Assembly: GCA_050948865.1 (NCBI GenBank)
Contig: JBMNEQ010000002.1
Span: 131,943 to 195,942 of the forward strand
Source: Bacilli bacterium
GTDB lineage: Bacteria > Bacillota_I > Bacilli_A > RF39 > UBA660
DNA: 64,000 nt
Direction of reading: 5' to 3'
Shown piece by piece: positions 18,079 to 28,941 of the stretch. Each line of letters starts with the position of its first letter. Position 1 is the first letter of the stretch. Below the pieces are notes generated by a model. The model did not search any database, was not told the origin of the DNA, and saw nothing but the letters and a program-made list of their open reading frames with translations. Made by a program: the position numbers and the translations under genes.

Positions 18079-19207
18079 ATGAAAGGTTTATTTAAGAAGC
18101 TAAAACAGGGTTTTACATTAATTATAATTATTCGCAGTAATTATAATTTTAGGGGTAATTATTGCGATAACGGTTCCTACTATTAAAGGAGTAATAAAAA
18201 ATTCAACCAAAGAAGCATTTTTAGTTGATGCTAAAAATGTAATAAAAGCAGTTGATTTTTATATGCTTGATGAAGAAGAACCTTCTTTACTAGAAACTTT
18301 AAAAGTATCATCATTAGAAGATATGTTAAAGATAAGTGATTCTAATTATCTTAGTATAGATATCTCATTTGATCGATATTTAAATCCTTTTATAAAGTTG
18401 GTAGGTAAAGATAAATGGGAAGGTTTAACTGCTTGTGGAACTTCTAATGATTTAAAAATAGGATCTGATATAGATTGTGAAGTTCCTCCTTTTCCAGCAA
18501 TACTTCCTGATGGACAGTTATGTGGCAGTATATTTTATGATTTTAGGGATGGTAATAAATATAAGACAGTTCAAATAGGAAAACAGTGTTGGTTTGGGGA
18601 AAATCTAAGGTATACGGGAAGTGGTTGTTTGGTAGAACCACCAGAAGAATGGTTAAATAGTTTGACTGCATGTACATTTATTACGAGAAAGGATATAATT
18701 AATACTTCTTCTAATTTTCCATGGTTAATTGGGGAAATATTGTATCAATGGGGTGCAGCAATGGATGGTGGTAATGAAGGTGCGAGAGGATTATGTCCTG
18801 TTGGTTGGCATATACCAACTGATAAAGAATGGGTGAAATTAGAGAGTTTTGTTGATTCTAAAGTTGAATGTGATGAAAACTTTTTTCTTAATTCATATTA
18901 TAATAGAGGATTTGATGTAGGTAAAAAATTAAAAGCTAAAACTACAAAATGGATATTTAATAATAATGGTAATGGTGATGATAGTTTTGGATTTAGGGCT
19001 ATTCCTGCTGGTTTTCGTGGTTCTTATGGTTATGTTGGTTTTGGTGGTATGACAGCTTATTTTTGGACTTCCTCATTTTCTATAGAAAATCCTAATGAAA
19101 TTTTGTATCGCTCGATAGATGCTAATTTTGATACTGTTGGTAGATTTTCTTCTTCTGAATTAGATTTATATGGTTTATCTCTTCGTTGTCTTTTAAATGA
19201 AGAATAA
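18079..19207 (+). pseudogene. frameshifted tandem paralog of the pilin-FISUMP gene; the intact downstream ORF is 18263..19207
   Basis: The first ~185 nt are ~95% identical to 17024 onward, including the RBS. A +1 insertion near 18125..18131 breaks the frame (MKGLFKKLKQGFTLIIIIRSNYNF...stop). The downstream frame then encodes a diverged FISUMP domain (GFRAIPAGFRGSYGYVGFGGMTAYFWTSS...SLRCLLNE). Confidence 0.5.
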
Positions 19208-19232
19208 ATTTATTTATAAATAATTAAATTTA

Positions 19233-19270
19233 AAAACATCTAATTAATGTATAATTTAGATGTTTTTTTA
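19233..19270 (+). terminator. rho-independent terminator after the pilin-FISUMP pair
   Basis: aaacatcta...tagatgttttttt. Confidence 0.55.
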
Positions 19271-19284
19271 ATATAATATAAAAT

Positions 19285-19311
19285 ATAGCACTCTCTACTT
19301 GACAATGCTAA
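19285..19311 (+). promoter_or_regulatory. CIRCE-like HrcA operator (aTAGCACTC-N9-cAaTGCTAA)
   Basis: Left half matches 8/9 and right half 7/9 to TTAGCACTC-N9-GAGTGCTAA. It overlaps the hrcA promoter. Confidence 0.55.
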
Positions 19312-19327
19312 AAGTTCTTATTATAAT
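19299..19327 (+). promoter_or_regulatory. consensus sigma-A promoter TTGACA-N17-TATAAT of the hrcA-grpE-dnaK operon
   Basis: ttgacaatgctaaaagttcttattataat. Confidence 0.65.
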
Positions 19328-19357
19328 GGTATTGAATTTCCTTGGAAGGAGAAAAAT

Positions 19358-20347
19358 ATGATTACAAAAAGACAAAAAGAGATTTTAAAAATAATCGTTG
19401 ATGAATATATAAAAACAGCTAGACCTGTTGGTTCTAAATCTATTTGTGAAAAAGTAGATTGTTCTAGTGCGACTATTCGTAATGAAATGTCAGAGTTAGA
19501 AAAGATAGGTTATTTAGAAAAAACACATACTTCTTCTGGAAGAGTTCCTAGTGAAGAAGGATATCGTTATTATGTAGATAATTTAATGGAGCCTAAAAAG
19601 ATGACTGGGGAAGATATGTTAAAATTACAAACCATTTTTCAAAATACTTCTTTAGAATTATCTGATGTTATTAGTAAGAGTGTTCAGATTATTTCAGAAA
19701 TGACTAGTTATACTTCAGTAGTTTTAGGAGAAGCATCATTTGATAATAAATTAAAAAAAGTCGAAGTGGTTCCTCTTGATGAAAATAATTTAATAGCTAT
19801 TGTAATAACGGATAAAGGTTATGTGGAACACAAAAATATGTTTATTGAAGAGAACATTTCTTTAGAAGAAATTAAAAAGATGGTTGATTTAATCAATAAT
19901 TTATTAGGAGGAACATTATTAAATGAAATAGGAGAAAAGTTAGAATTTGAAATTAAACCAATTATCGGTAAATATGTTAAACAACATGAAATGATTTATA
20001 ATGTTTTTTATAATGCTTTTAATGATTTTGCTATTAAGAGTACTGTGCAATTAACAGGAAGAAGTAATATTTTAAAACAACCAGAATTTGATAATGTGGA
20101 AAAAGTTAGGAATATTATTAGAAAGTTTGAAGATCAAGATTTAATTAGTAATATTCAAGAAGATAGTGATGATATAAATATTTATATTGGTAAAGAAAGT
20201 AATATTGATGAAGATGTAACCATTATAAAAACTGGCTATAATATTAATAATAAAAAAGGGACAATCGCGATTATTGGTCCGAAAAGAATGGAATATAATC
20301 GGGTTGTTGCTTTATTAGAATATATTAAAGAAAATATAGAAAGGTGA
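19358..20347 (+). CDS. hrcA: heat-inducible transcription repressor HrcA
   Basis: N-terminus MITKRQKEILKIIVDEYIKTARPVGSK. Confidence 0.9.
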   Translation: MITKRQKEILKIIVDEYIKTARPVGSKSICEKVDCSSATIRNEMSELEKIGYLEKTHTSSGRVPSEEGYRYYVDNLMEPKKMTGEDMLKLQTIFQNTSLELSDVISKSVQIISEMTSYTSVVLGEASFDNKLKKVEVVPLDENNLIAIVITDKGYVEHKNMFIEENISLEEIKKMVDLINNLLGGTLLNEIGEKLEFEIKPIIGKYVKQHEMIYNVFYNAFNDFAIKSTVQLTGRSNILKQPEFDNVEKVRNIIRKFEDQDLISNIQEDSDDINIYIGKESNIDEDVTIIKTGYNINNKKGTIAIIGPKRMEYNRVVALLEYIKENIER

Positions 20348-20351
20348 TAAT

Positions 20352-20903
20352 ATGGAAGAAACGAAAGTAAAGAAAAAGTCTACGACGAAGAAGAAAACTT
20401 CTAAAGATAAGGAAAAGATAAAGGAATTAGAAAGTAAAGTTAATGAATTAGAAGAAAAGTTACTTCGTAATCAAGCTGAATTGCAAAATTATAAAAGGAG
20501 AAAAGAAGAAGAAATAGAAAAGATTCGTTTATATAGTCAAGAAGATTTATTAAAAGAAATGTTGCCTATTTTTGATAACTTTGAAAGAGCAATTGATATG
20601 GATGATGAGAATCTAGAAGATGAAGTATCGAAGTTTTTAGAAGGATTTAAAATGATTTATGTTTCTTTTGTTAATGTGATGGATAATTTGGGAGTAGAAG
20701 AAATAGAGGCTTTTGGTAAAAAGTTTGATCCTAATTTCCATCAAGCTCTTTTAACTGATGAAATTGAGGGAAAAGAGAATGAAGAAATCATTGAGGTTTT
20801 ACAAAAAGGATATAAATTAAGAGAAAGGGTTATTAGACCAGCAATGGTAAGAGTTAATATAAAAAATAAGGAAAAAGAAAAGGAGAATGAAGAAGATGAG
20901 TAA
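20352..20903 (+). CDS. grpE: nucleotide exchange factor GrpE
   Basis: GrpE signature ([14 protein letters not shown]...FDPNFHQAL). Confidence 0.9.
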   Translation: MEETKVKKKSTTKKKTSKDKEKIKELESKVNELEEKLLRNQAELQNYKRRKEEEIEKIRLYSQEDLLKEMLPIFDNFERAIDMDDENLEDEVSKFLEGFKMIYVSFVNVMDNLGVEEIEAFGKKFDPNFHQALLTDEIEGKENEEIIEVLQKGYKLRERVIRPAMVRVNIKNKEKEKENEEDE

Positions 20904-22725
20904 AATTATAGGTATTGATTTAGGAACAACTAATAGTTGTGTAAGTGTTTTAGAAGGAGGAGATCCAATAATAATCCCTAATAAAGAAGGGGGAAGAACA
21001 ACGCCTAGTGTTGTCGCTTTTAAGGGGGGAGAAAAGATTGTTGGAGAAGCGGCTAAAAGGCAAATTATAACTAATCCTAATACAGTTTCTTCAATTAAAA
21101 GATTAATGGGATCTGATAAGAAAATTGAAGCGGAAGGGAAAAAATATACTCCAGAAGAAATAAGTGCGATGGTTTTAAGTTATATGAAAGATTATGCTGA
21201 AAGTTATTTAGGAGAAAAGGTTACAAAAGCTGTTGTTACTGTTCCGGCTTATTTTAATGATTCAGAACGTCAAGCGACTAAGAATGCTGGAAAAATAGCA
21301 GGTTTAGAAGTAGAAAGAATTATTAATGAACCAACTGCTGCTGCTTTAGCTTATGGTTTTGATAAGCAAGAAGGAACTCAAACAATTTTAGTTTATGACT
21401 TAGGAGGGGGAACTTTTGATGTTTCTATTTTAGAATTAGGAGATGGAGTTTTTGAAGTTAAATCAACTAATGGAAATACTAGTTTAGGGGGAGATGACTT
21501 TGATAAAAGAATTGTTGATTTATTAGTAGAAAACTTTAAAAAAGAAAATGGAATTGATTTAAGTAAAGATAAAATGGCTATGCAACGTTTAAGAGATGGA
21601 GCAGAAAAAGCTAAAAAGGATTTAAGTGGAGTTGTTACAACTCAAATTTCTTTACCATTTATTTCTCAAGGAGAAGATGGACCATTACATTTAGAACTAT
21701 CTTTAACTCGGGCTAAATTTGAAGAGTTAGTTCGTGATTTAATTGAATCTACTATGGAACCAGTTAGGGCTGCTTTAAAGGATGCTAAATTAACTAAAAA
21801 TGATATTAATAAAGTTATTTTAGTGGGTGGTTCTACACGGATTCCTTTAGTTCAAGAATTACTTCAAAAAGAATTAGGAAAAGAACCTCATAAGGGGGTT
21901 AATCCTGATGAAGTTGTAGCTTCTGGAGCAGCAATCCAAGGAGGAGTGTTATCTGGTGAAGTAGATGATATTGTTTTACTTGATGTAACACCATTATCTT
22001 TAGGAATAGAAACTTTAGGAGGGGTTATGACACCTTTAATTGAACGTAATACAACAATTCCTACTTCTAAGGCTCAAATATTCTCAACTGCCGCTGATAA
22101 TCAACCAGCTGTTGATATTCATGTTTTACAAGGGGAAAGACCAATGGCTAATGATAATAAAACATTAGGTAGATTTCAATTAACTAATATTCCCCCAGCA
22201 CCAAGAGGAATACCACAAATAGAAGTTACTTTTGATATTGACGCTAATGGGATAGTTAATGTTAAGGCGAAAGATTTAGGGACAAATAAAGAACAATCAA
22301 TTACGATTACTGCGACTACTAGTTTAACTGATCAAGAAATAGAAAAGATGGTTAAAGAAGCAGAATTAAATAAAGAAGCTGATCAAAAAAGAAAAGAAGA
22401 AGCAGATCTTAAAAATGAAAGTGAACAATTAATTTTTGCCACAGAAAAAGCTCTTAAAGACTTAGGAGATAAAGTAGAGAAAGGTGAAAAAGAAGAAGCC
22501 GAACAATTAATTAAAGATTTAAAAGAAGCTTTAGAGAAAAATAATATTGAAGAAATTAAAACTAAAAAAGAAGCATTAAATGAAAAATCAATGGCTTTAG
22601 CGACAAAGGTTTATGAACAAGCAGCTAAAGAACATCAAGAAAAAGAACCAGCTCAAAAAGAAGAAGAAAAACATCAAGATGATAAAGATAATGTAATTAA
22701 TGCTGAATTTGAAGAAAAGAAGTAA
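20896..22725 (+). CDS. dnaK: chaperone DnaK (Hsp70)
   Basis: [16 protein letters not shown]...; the ATG at 20896 has a properly spaced aaggag SD. Confidence 0.95.
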   Translation: MSKIIGIDLGTTNSCVSVLEGGDPIIIPNKEGGRTTPSVVAFKGGEKIVGEAAKRQIITNPNTVSSIKRLMGSDKKIEAEGKKYTPEEISAMVLSYMKDYAESYLGEKVTKAVVTVPAYFNDSERQATKNAGKIAGLEVERIINEPTAAALAYGFDKQEGTQTILVYDLGGGTFDVSILELGDGVFEVKSTNGNTSLGGDDFDKRIVDLLVENFKKENGIDLSKDKMAMQRLRDGAEKAKKDLSGVVTTQISLPFISQGEDGPLHLELSLTRAKFEELVRDLIESTMEPVRAALKDAKLTKNDINKVILVGGSTRIPLVQELLQKELGKEPHKGVNPDEVVASGAAIQGGVLSGEVDDIVLLDVTPLSLGIETLGGVMTPLIERNTTIPTSKAQIFSTAADNQPAVDIHVLQGERPMANDNKTLGRFQLTNIPPAPRGIPQIEVTFDIDANGIVNVKAKDLGTNKEQSITITATTSLTDQEIEKMVKEAELNKEADQKRKEEADLKNESEQLIFATEKALKDLGDKVEKGEKEEAEQLIKDLKEALEKNNIEEIKTKKEALNEKSMALATKVYEQAAKEHQEKEPAQKEEEKHQDDKDNVINAEFEEKK

Positions 22726-22791
22726 TAGAAAGTTCTAGGAATATTTCCTAGAACTTATCTAATTAATTAAAATAAAACGATCGGAGATTTT

Positions 22792-24585
22792 ATGAATAAA
22801 AGGCGCCTAAAAAGAGAAGAAATATCAGATTTATATAAATGGGATTTATCTTCTTTATATAAATCAAGAGAAGAGTGTTTTAAAGATATAAAAAGGATAG
22901 GACCATTATTAGGGGAATTAAACCTCTATAAAGGAAAAGTAATGAGTAGTAGTTTTAATTTAGTTAATACTTTAATAATAAATGAACAAATAGAAAGGTT
23001 AAGCACTAATCTCTATGTTTATTCTAATATGAAATATCATGAGGATACAACTAATGATCAGTCTTTAATTTTAAAAGAAGAAATAGATAAATTATTAATT
23101 CAGATTAAAGAAAAAACTATTTTCATTGTTCTTGAGATTTTAAAAAGTCAAGAAGAAGTGGTTAATAAATATATTAAAGAAGAAGAAAAATTAAAAGAAT
23201 ATTCTTTTTGGTTTAAAAGAATGTTTAGAAAAAAGAAACATCTTTTAAGTGACCAAGAAGAAGAAATGATTGCTAAGATGGGAGAATTATTAGAAGCTCC
23301 TAGTAATACTCATTCTATAATTTTAAATACTGATTTTAAGTTTGGGAGTATTAATATTAAAGGAGAAGAGGTAGAAATAACTAATAGTAATTTTCCTGTT
23401 TTATTACAAAATGAGGATCAAGCAGTAAGAGAAGAAGTATTTAAAAAATATTATTCTAAATATGAAGACTTTAAAAATACTTTAGGTTCTACCTTAAAAT
23501 ATAATATTAAAACAACAATGTTTATTTCTAAAATAAGAAAATATCAAAGTCCTTTACAAATGAATTTAGATAGTGAGGATATTCCAATAGAGCTTTATAA
23601 TAATTTAATTAAAGTGGTTAAAAGTAATTTAAAGCCTTTTCATCATTTTTTAGCTATGAAAAAAGAAAATTTAGGAGTAGAGGATTTTCATATGTATGAT
23701 ATTTATGCTTCTAAGTTAGAAAAAAGTAAGAAGAGGTTTACGTATGAAGAAGCTAAAATAATGATTAAAGAAGCTTTAAAACCTTTAGGGAATGAATATT
23801 TAAAGATTATTGAACAAGCTTTTCAAGAAAAGTGGATTGATGTTTATGATAATATTGGTAAAAAGAGTGGGGCTTATAGTTGGGGAACTTATGATAGTAA
23901 TCCTTATATTCTTTTAAATTATCAAGGGACTTTAAATGATGTTTCAACAGTTATTCATGAATTAGGACACTCTTTACACCGTTATTTATCTAATCAGAAT
24001 CAACCATATATATATGCTAATTTTTCTATTTTTACTGCTGAAATAGCTTCGACAGTTAATGAAATCTTGTTATCTAAATATCTTTATGCTACTATGGATG
24101 ATGTTCAAGAAAAGAAAGTTATTTTATATGAATTATTAGAGAAGTTTCGAACAACTTTATATCGGCAAACAATGTTCGCGGAGTTTGAACAAATATTATT
24201 TACTAAAGAAGAGAAGAATGAGATTCTAACGGAAAGTTTGATTAGTGAAATTTACTATGATTTAAATAAAAAATATTATGGAGAAGAAGTTCTTCATGAT
24301 GAAGAAATAAAATTAGAATGGGCACGGATTCCCCATTTTTATCGTCCCTTTTATGTTTATCAATATGCTACTGGTTTATGTGCGGCTTTTATTATTACTG
24401 AATCTATATTAAAAGAAGAAAAAGGAATGCCAACTAAATATTTAGAGTTTTTAAGTAGTGGAAATAGTGACTATTCATTAAAGTTATTAGAAAAAATGGG
24501 AATTAAAATGACAGATGAGAAGGTTTTTAGTAAGACGATAAAAATATTTGAGAATCTTCTTTTAGAATATATTAATTTAAAATAA
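22792..24585 (+). CDS. pepF: oligoendopeptidase F (M3 family)
   Basis: HEXXH zinc motif VIHELGHSLH and M3B family length. Confidence 0.85.
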   Translation: MNKRRLKREEISDLYKWDLSSLYKSREECFKDIKRIGPLLGELNLYKGKVMSSSFNLVNTLIINEQIERLSTNLYVYSNMKYHEDTTNDQSLILKEEIDKLLIQIKEKTIFIVLEILKSQEEVVNKYIKEEEKLKEYSFWFKRMFRKKKHLLSDQEEEMIAKMGELLEAPSNTHSIILNTDFKFGSINIKGEEVEITNSNFPVLLQNEDQAVREEVFKKYYSKYEDFKNTLGSTLKYNIKTTMFISKIRKYQSPLQMNLDSEDIPIELYNNLIKVVKSNLKPFHHFLAMKKENLGVEDFHMYDIYASKLEKSKKRFTYEEAKIMIKEALKPLGNEYLKIIEQAFQEKWIDVYDNIGKKSGAYSWGTYDSNPYILLNYQGTLNDVSTVIHELGHSLHRYLSNQNQPYIYANFSIFTAEIASTVNEILLSKYLYATMDDVQEKKVILYELLEKFRTTLYRQTMFAEFEQILFTKEEKNEILTESLISEIYYDLNKKYYGEEVLHDEEIKLEWARIPHFYRPFYVYQYATGLCAAFIITESILKEEKGMPTKYLEFLSSGNSDYSLKLLEKMGIKMTDEKVFSKTIKIFENLLLEYINLK

Positions 24586-24604
24586 GAAGATAAGAGGTGA
24601 TGAA

Positions 24605-25702
24605 ATGAAAAAAGATTATTATGAATTATTAGGCGTTAATAAAGATGCTAGTGAAAGTGAAATAAAGAGTGCTTTTAGAAAAAAAGCGAAGGAATTTCAT
24701 CCTGATGTTAGTAAAGATCCTAATGCTGAAGAAAAGTTTAAAGAAGTTCAAGAAGCTTATGCTGTTTTATCAGATAAAGAAAGACGAGCTCAATATGATC
24801 AGTATGGTCATGCTGCTTTTGAAGGTGGTTTTGGTGGGGGTGGCTTTGATTTTTCTGGTTTTGATTTTAGTGATATCTTTTCTGATTTGTTTGGTTCTTC
24901 TTTTGGCTTTGGTGGTTCTTCTTCAACTCGTTCAAGAAAAGGAAATGATGAAATTATGGGAATGCGCATTTCCTTTAAAGAGGCTGTTTTTGGGACTAAA
25001 AAAACAATTAAGATTGATATTGATGAAGAGTGTCCTGATTGTAAGGGAAAAGGTGGTTATAATGAAAAACAGTGTTCTCATTGTTATGGGAGTGGAACTA
25101 TTACATCAGAACAAAGAACGTTATTAGGAACTTATTTAACTAAAACTACTTGTCCTTATTGTCAAGGAAAAGGCTTTACTTATGATAAGACTTGTTCGAC
25201 TTGTAAAGGGCGAGGTATAAAAAGAGTTAAAAAGGAAATTGTGGTTTCTATTCCGGCTGGTATTGATACTGGAAATCAATTAAGGATAGCTGGAAAAGGA
25301 GGAACTGGTTTAAATGGAGGGCCTAGTGGAGATTTGTATATTGAATTTATAGTAGAGAATCATCCTTTATTTGTAAGAGAAGAAGATGATATAAATTTAA
25401 CTTTACCAATAACTATTACAGAAGCAATTTTAGGTTGTAAAAAGGATATTCCAACTTTATATGGAGATGTTGTTTTAACTGTTCCTTCAGGAACACAAAG
25501 TGGTAGCAAGTTTTTATTAAAGGGAAAAGGAATTTCTAATGTTTCGACTAGTAGAAAAGGAAATATGTATGTGATTGTTCAAGTAATAATCCCTGATAAA
25601 TTAGATCGTCAGCAAAAGGAATTAATTAAGAAATTAGAGAAAACTAATTTAACCAATCATTTAGATTTTAAAAATTATGAAAAGAATAAAAAGGAAGCCT
25701 AG
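24605..25702 (+). CDS. dnaJ: chaperone DnaJ
   Basis: J domain with HPD, a G/F-rich region, and four CxxCxGxG zinc-finger repeats. Confidence 0.95.
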   Translation: MKKDYYELLGVNKDASESEIKSAFRKKAKEFHPDVSKDPNAEEKFKEVQEAYAVLSDKERRAQYDQYGHAAFEGGFGGGGFDFSGFDFSDIFSDLFGSSFGFGGSSSTRSRKGNDEIMGMRISFKEAVFGTKKTIKIDIDEECPDCKGKGGYNEKQCSHCYGSGTITSEQRTLLGTYLTKTTCPYCQGKGFTYDKTCSTCKGRGIKRVKKEIVVSIPAGIDTGNQLRIAGKGGTGLNGGPSGDLYIEFIVENHPLFVREEDDINLTLPITITEAILGCKKDIPTLYGDVVLTVPSGTQSGSKFLLKGKGISNVSTSRKGNMYVIVQVIIPDKLDRQQKELIKKLEKTNLTNHLDFKNYEKNKKEA

Positions 25703-25756
25703 AGATTAAAAACTAGGTTTTTTTATGCTATAATTTTAAAGGAAGAAGGTGTTTTT

Positions 25757-27001
25757 ATGGATAAAGAAATATTTAATCTTATTCAAAAAGAGTATCTAAG
25801 GCAACAAAATAATATTGAGTTAATTGCTTCTGAAAATTTTGTTTCTCCTGAGGTTTTAAAGGCTCAAGGAAGTATTTTAACAAATAAATATGCTGAAGGT
25901 TATTCTAAAAAAAGATATTATGGGGGTTGCCATTATATTGATCAAATAGAGGATTTAGCTATTTCCCGAGTTAAAAAGTTATTTAAGGCTAAATATGCAA
26001 ATGTGCAACCTCATTCTGGTTCCCAAGCGAATATGGCTGTTTATAAAGCTTTATTAAAAGTAGGGGATAAGGTTTTAGGAATGAACTTAAGTCATGGGGG
26101 GCATCTTTCTCATGGTCATCCTTTAAATTTTAGTGGTAGTGAATATCAGATTATTGAATATCAAGTTGATAAAGATACAGAAACTATTGATTATGATGAA
26201 GTAATCAAAATTGCTAAAAAAGAAAAACCGAAAATGATTATAGCCGGGGCTAGTGCTTATCCTCGGGCAATTGACTTTAAAAAATTTAAAGAAGCTGCAG
26301 ATAGTTGTGGAGCCTATTTAATGGTTGATATTGCTCATATAGCTGGTTTAATAATAGCTGGTTTACATCAAAATCCTTTACCTTATGCTGATGTTGTAAC
26401 ATCAACTACCCATAAAACTTTAAGAGGTCCAAGAGGAGGATTAATTTTAACAAATAATGAAGAGATTGCGAAGAAGATTGATAAAACAATTTTTCCAGGA
26501 ATTCAAGGTGGTCCTTTAATGCATGTTATTGGGGCTAAAGCAGTAGCTTTTTATGAAGCAGGTCAAAAAGGTTTTATTAAGTATCAAAAACAGGTAATAA
26601 AAAATGCTCAAGTTTTAGCAAAAACACTTCAAAAAGAAGGCTTTAGAATTGTTTCTTTAGGAACAGATAATCATTTATTATTAGTTGATGTTAAAGAATC
26701 TTTAAATATAACAGGAAAAGAAGCAGAAATAATCTTAGATAAAATAAATATAACTTGTAATAAAAATACCATTCCTTTTGATTTGGAATCTCCTTTTACA
26801 ACAAGTGGTATTCGTTTAGGAACGCCTGCTATGACAACAAGAGGTTTTAAGGAAAAAGAATTTATAAAAATAGGTAAAATAATTAGTCAAGCTTTAAAAA
26901 ATAATCAAGATCAAGTTTTCTTAAATGATTTAAAAAAACAAGTTTTAAGTTTGACAAAAGATCTTCCTTTATTTAAAGGAGATTTGTTTGATGAAGAATA
27001 A
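25757..27001 (+). CDS. glyA: serine hydroxymethyltransferase
   Basis: PLP site [12 protein letters not shown]. Confidence 0.92.
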   Translation: MDKEIFNLIQKEYLRQQNNIELIASENFVSPEVLKAQGSILTNKYAEGYSKKRYYGGCHYIDQIEDLAISRVKKLFKAKYANVQPHSGSQANMAVYKALLKVGDKVLGMNLSHGGHLSHGHPLNFSGSEYQIIEYQVDKDTETIDYDEVIKIAKKEKPKMIIAGASAYPRAIDFKKFKEAADSCGAYLMVDIAHIAGLIIAGLHQNPLPYADVVTSTTHKTLRGPRGGLILTNNEEIAKKIDKTIFPGIQGGPLMHVIGAKAVAFYEAGQKGFIKYQKQVIKNAQVLAKTLQKEGFRIVSLGTDNHLLLVDVKESLNITGKEAEIILDKINITCNKNTIPFDLESPFTTSGIRLGTPAMTTRGFKEKEFIKIGKIISQALKNNQDQVFLNDLKKQVLSLTKDLPLFKGDLFDEE

Positions 27002-27839
27002 AAATTTAGATGGTTTAAAATTAAGTTTAAAACTAAAAGAAAAATATTTAAAAATAATTAAAGATTTACCATCTAAACCTAAATTAGTAGTTATTCAAAT
27101 AGGAAATGATCAAGCGAGTAATATTTATATTAATAATAAAAAAAGGATTTGTGAAGATTTAAAACTAGGTTTTGAACATCTAAGATATTCTTCTTCTGTT
27201 AAAGAAGAAGAAATAGAAAAAAAAATAAAAGCTTTAAATAATGATGATAAAGTAGATGGCATTATGATTCAATTACCTCTACCTTCAAAATTTAATTCTT
27301 CTTTCTTAATTAATTTAATAAATCCTTTAAAAGATGTCGATGGATTAACTTCTACTAATATGGGGAATTTAGTGAATAATATACCATTTAATGTTTCTTG
27401 CACAGCTCTTGGGATTATGGAAATTTTAAAAGAGTATAATGTTTCTCTTTTTGGAAAAGAAGTCGTAATAGTTGGGCGGAGTATACTAATTGGTAAACCT
27501 TTGATTCATCTTTTATTAAATGAAGATGCGACAATTACTGTTTGTCATTCAAAAACAAAGGATTTAATAAAACATACTAAGAAAGCTGATATTTTAATAG
27601 TTGCTGTTGGAAAACCAAAGTTTATAAAAAAGGAAATGATTAAAAAGGAAGCTATTTTAATTGATGTTGGAATCAATAGAAGTAAGGGTAAAATAGTAGG
27701 AGATATTGATTATTTAGATGTTTTTAAAAAATGTTCTTTTATTACTCCTGTTCCTAAGGGAGTTGGTCCCATGACAATTATGATGTTAATAAATAATTTA
27801 CTTAATTCTTATTCTAAAATAAAAAAAGATAGTGATTAA
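26988..27839 (+). CDS. folD: bifunctional methylenetetrahydrofolate dehydrogenase/cyclohydrolase
   Basis: FolD signature ([20 protein letters not shown]...[13 protein letters not shown]...GVGPMT). Confidence 0.9.
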   Translation: MMKNKNLDGLKLSLKLKEKYLKIIKDLPSKPKLVVIQIGNDQASNIYINNKKRICEDLKLGFEHLRYSSSVKEEEIEKKIKALNNDDKVDGIMIQLPLPSKFNSSFLINLINPLKDVDGLTSTNMGNLVNNIPFNVSCTALGIMEILKEYNVSLFGKEVVIVGRSILIGKPLIHLLLNEDATITVCHSKTKDLIKHTKKADILIVAVGKPKFIKKEMIKKEAILIDVGINRSKGKIVGDIDYLDVFKKCSFITPVPKGVGPMTIMMLINNLLNSYSKIKKDSD

Positions 27840-28792
27840 CTATCTTTAAATTTATTTAAATCAACATTTTCTTCTTCTAAAAAATTATGAAATTGTTTTT
27901 GAAAGGCTATTTTTTCTTTTTTTAAAACATCGGGATATATTTTATCAAAAGAAGAGATAGCTTCATAAATATGTTTAAAGGTAACTTTATCTTGATTGTC
28001 AAAAATGGCAAAAGCAAAAGCTTTTATAAGCAAAGTAAAAGAAATATCTGGATATTTTGATGTTGCTTCAAATAATCTTTTATATTCAGAAGTCATATTA
28101 ACAATAAATTTAATTATAAGTTTAAGAACAAAAGGAGAATAATCTAATTTAGCTCCTGTTTGAACTTCTATTTTGGGAAGACTTCCGATTAATATTTTAA
28201 CTGTTGTTTCTTGATCAGGTTCTTCAATTTCAATTTTTTCAAAACGTCTTAAAAAAGCTCGGTCTTTAACTAAATAAAAATCAAATTCCTCAGTAGTTGT
28301 TGCTCCAATGATTTTAATGGAACCACGATCCAAACCTGTTTTTAACATATTAGCAAAATCAATTGAGTTATTCGCACTCGCTCCAATTAAAGTATGAATT
28401 TCATCAATAAATAAAATAACATTTTCTTTAGTTTTCAATTCTTCGACTAAAGTTTGAATTTTAGTTTCTGTATTTCCATCTTGACTAGTAGTACCTAATA
28501 AAGCCGAAATATTAATTTTTATTATTTGATATTTTTTTAATACATTAGGAACTGTTCCTTGTTGAATTTGGTAAGCTAAACCTTCAACTAGAGCTGTTTT
28601 ACCAACTCCAGGTTTACCAACTAAGATTGCTGATTTTTCTGGGATTAATAAAGCTAGAATCATTTTTTTAATCTCTTCATCTCTTTCAATAGCAGGATTA
28701 GTTATATATTTTCTATCTAGTAAATTTTCTCCATAACGAGTTAAAATAACATCTTCATTATTATCAAATTCTAATATTTCAATTTTTTCCAT
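27836..28792 (-). CDS. stand-alone AAA+ ATPase homologous to the ClpC/ClpB D1 module; no N-domain, no D2
   Basis: ITNPAIERDEEIKKMILALLIPEKSAILVGKPGVGKTALVEGLAYQI (Walker A) and ILFIDEIHTLIGA (Walker B) align with ClpC D1. Confidence 0.6.
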   Translation of the reverse strand: MEKIEILEFDNNEDVILTRYGENLLDRKYITNPAIERDEEIKKMILALLIPEKSAILVGKPGVGKTALVEGLAYQIQQGTVPNVLKKYQIIKINISALLGTTSQDGNTETKIQTLVEELKTKENVILFIDEIHTLIGASANNSIDFANMLKTGLDRGSIKIIGATTTEEFDFYLVKDRAFLRRFEKIEIEEPDQETTVKILIGSLPKIEVQTGAKLDYSPFVLKLIIKFIVNMTSEYKRLFEATSKYPDISFTLLIKAFAFAIFDNQDKVTFKHIYEAISSFDKIYPDVLKKEKIAFQKQFHNFLEEENVDLNKFKDS

Positions 28793-28941
28793 TGTATCTT
28801 CCCCTTATTCATCTTAAATTATTATATCATGGAAATTTACAGATATAAACCAAATTTTTTGGAGTGTCAATCACTAGACATCTTCTCTAGTAAAAAAAGT
28901 CAAGGTTCGCTATAATAAAGTTTAAAGTAGGGGTGTAATTA

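Noticed and set aside
20887-20895. Upstream ATG of dnaK (MKKM...)
   Set aside because: The SD aaggag is only 3 nt from this ATG. The ATG at 20896 has correct spacing and gives the canonical [14 protein letters not shown] start.
24669-25127. 152-aa plus ORF
   Set aside because: It is an alternative frame inside dnaJ. It is hydrophobic junk with no RBS.
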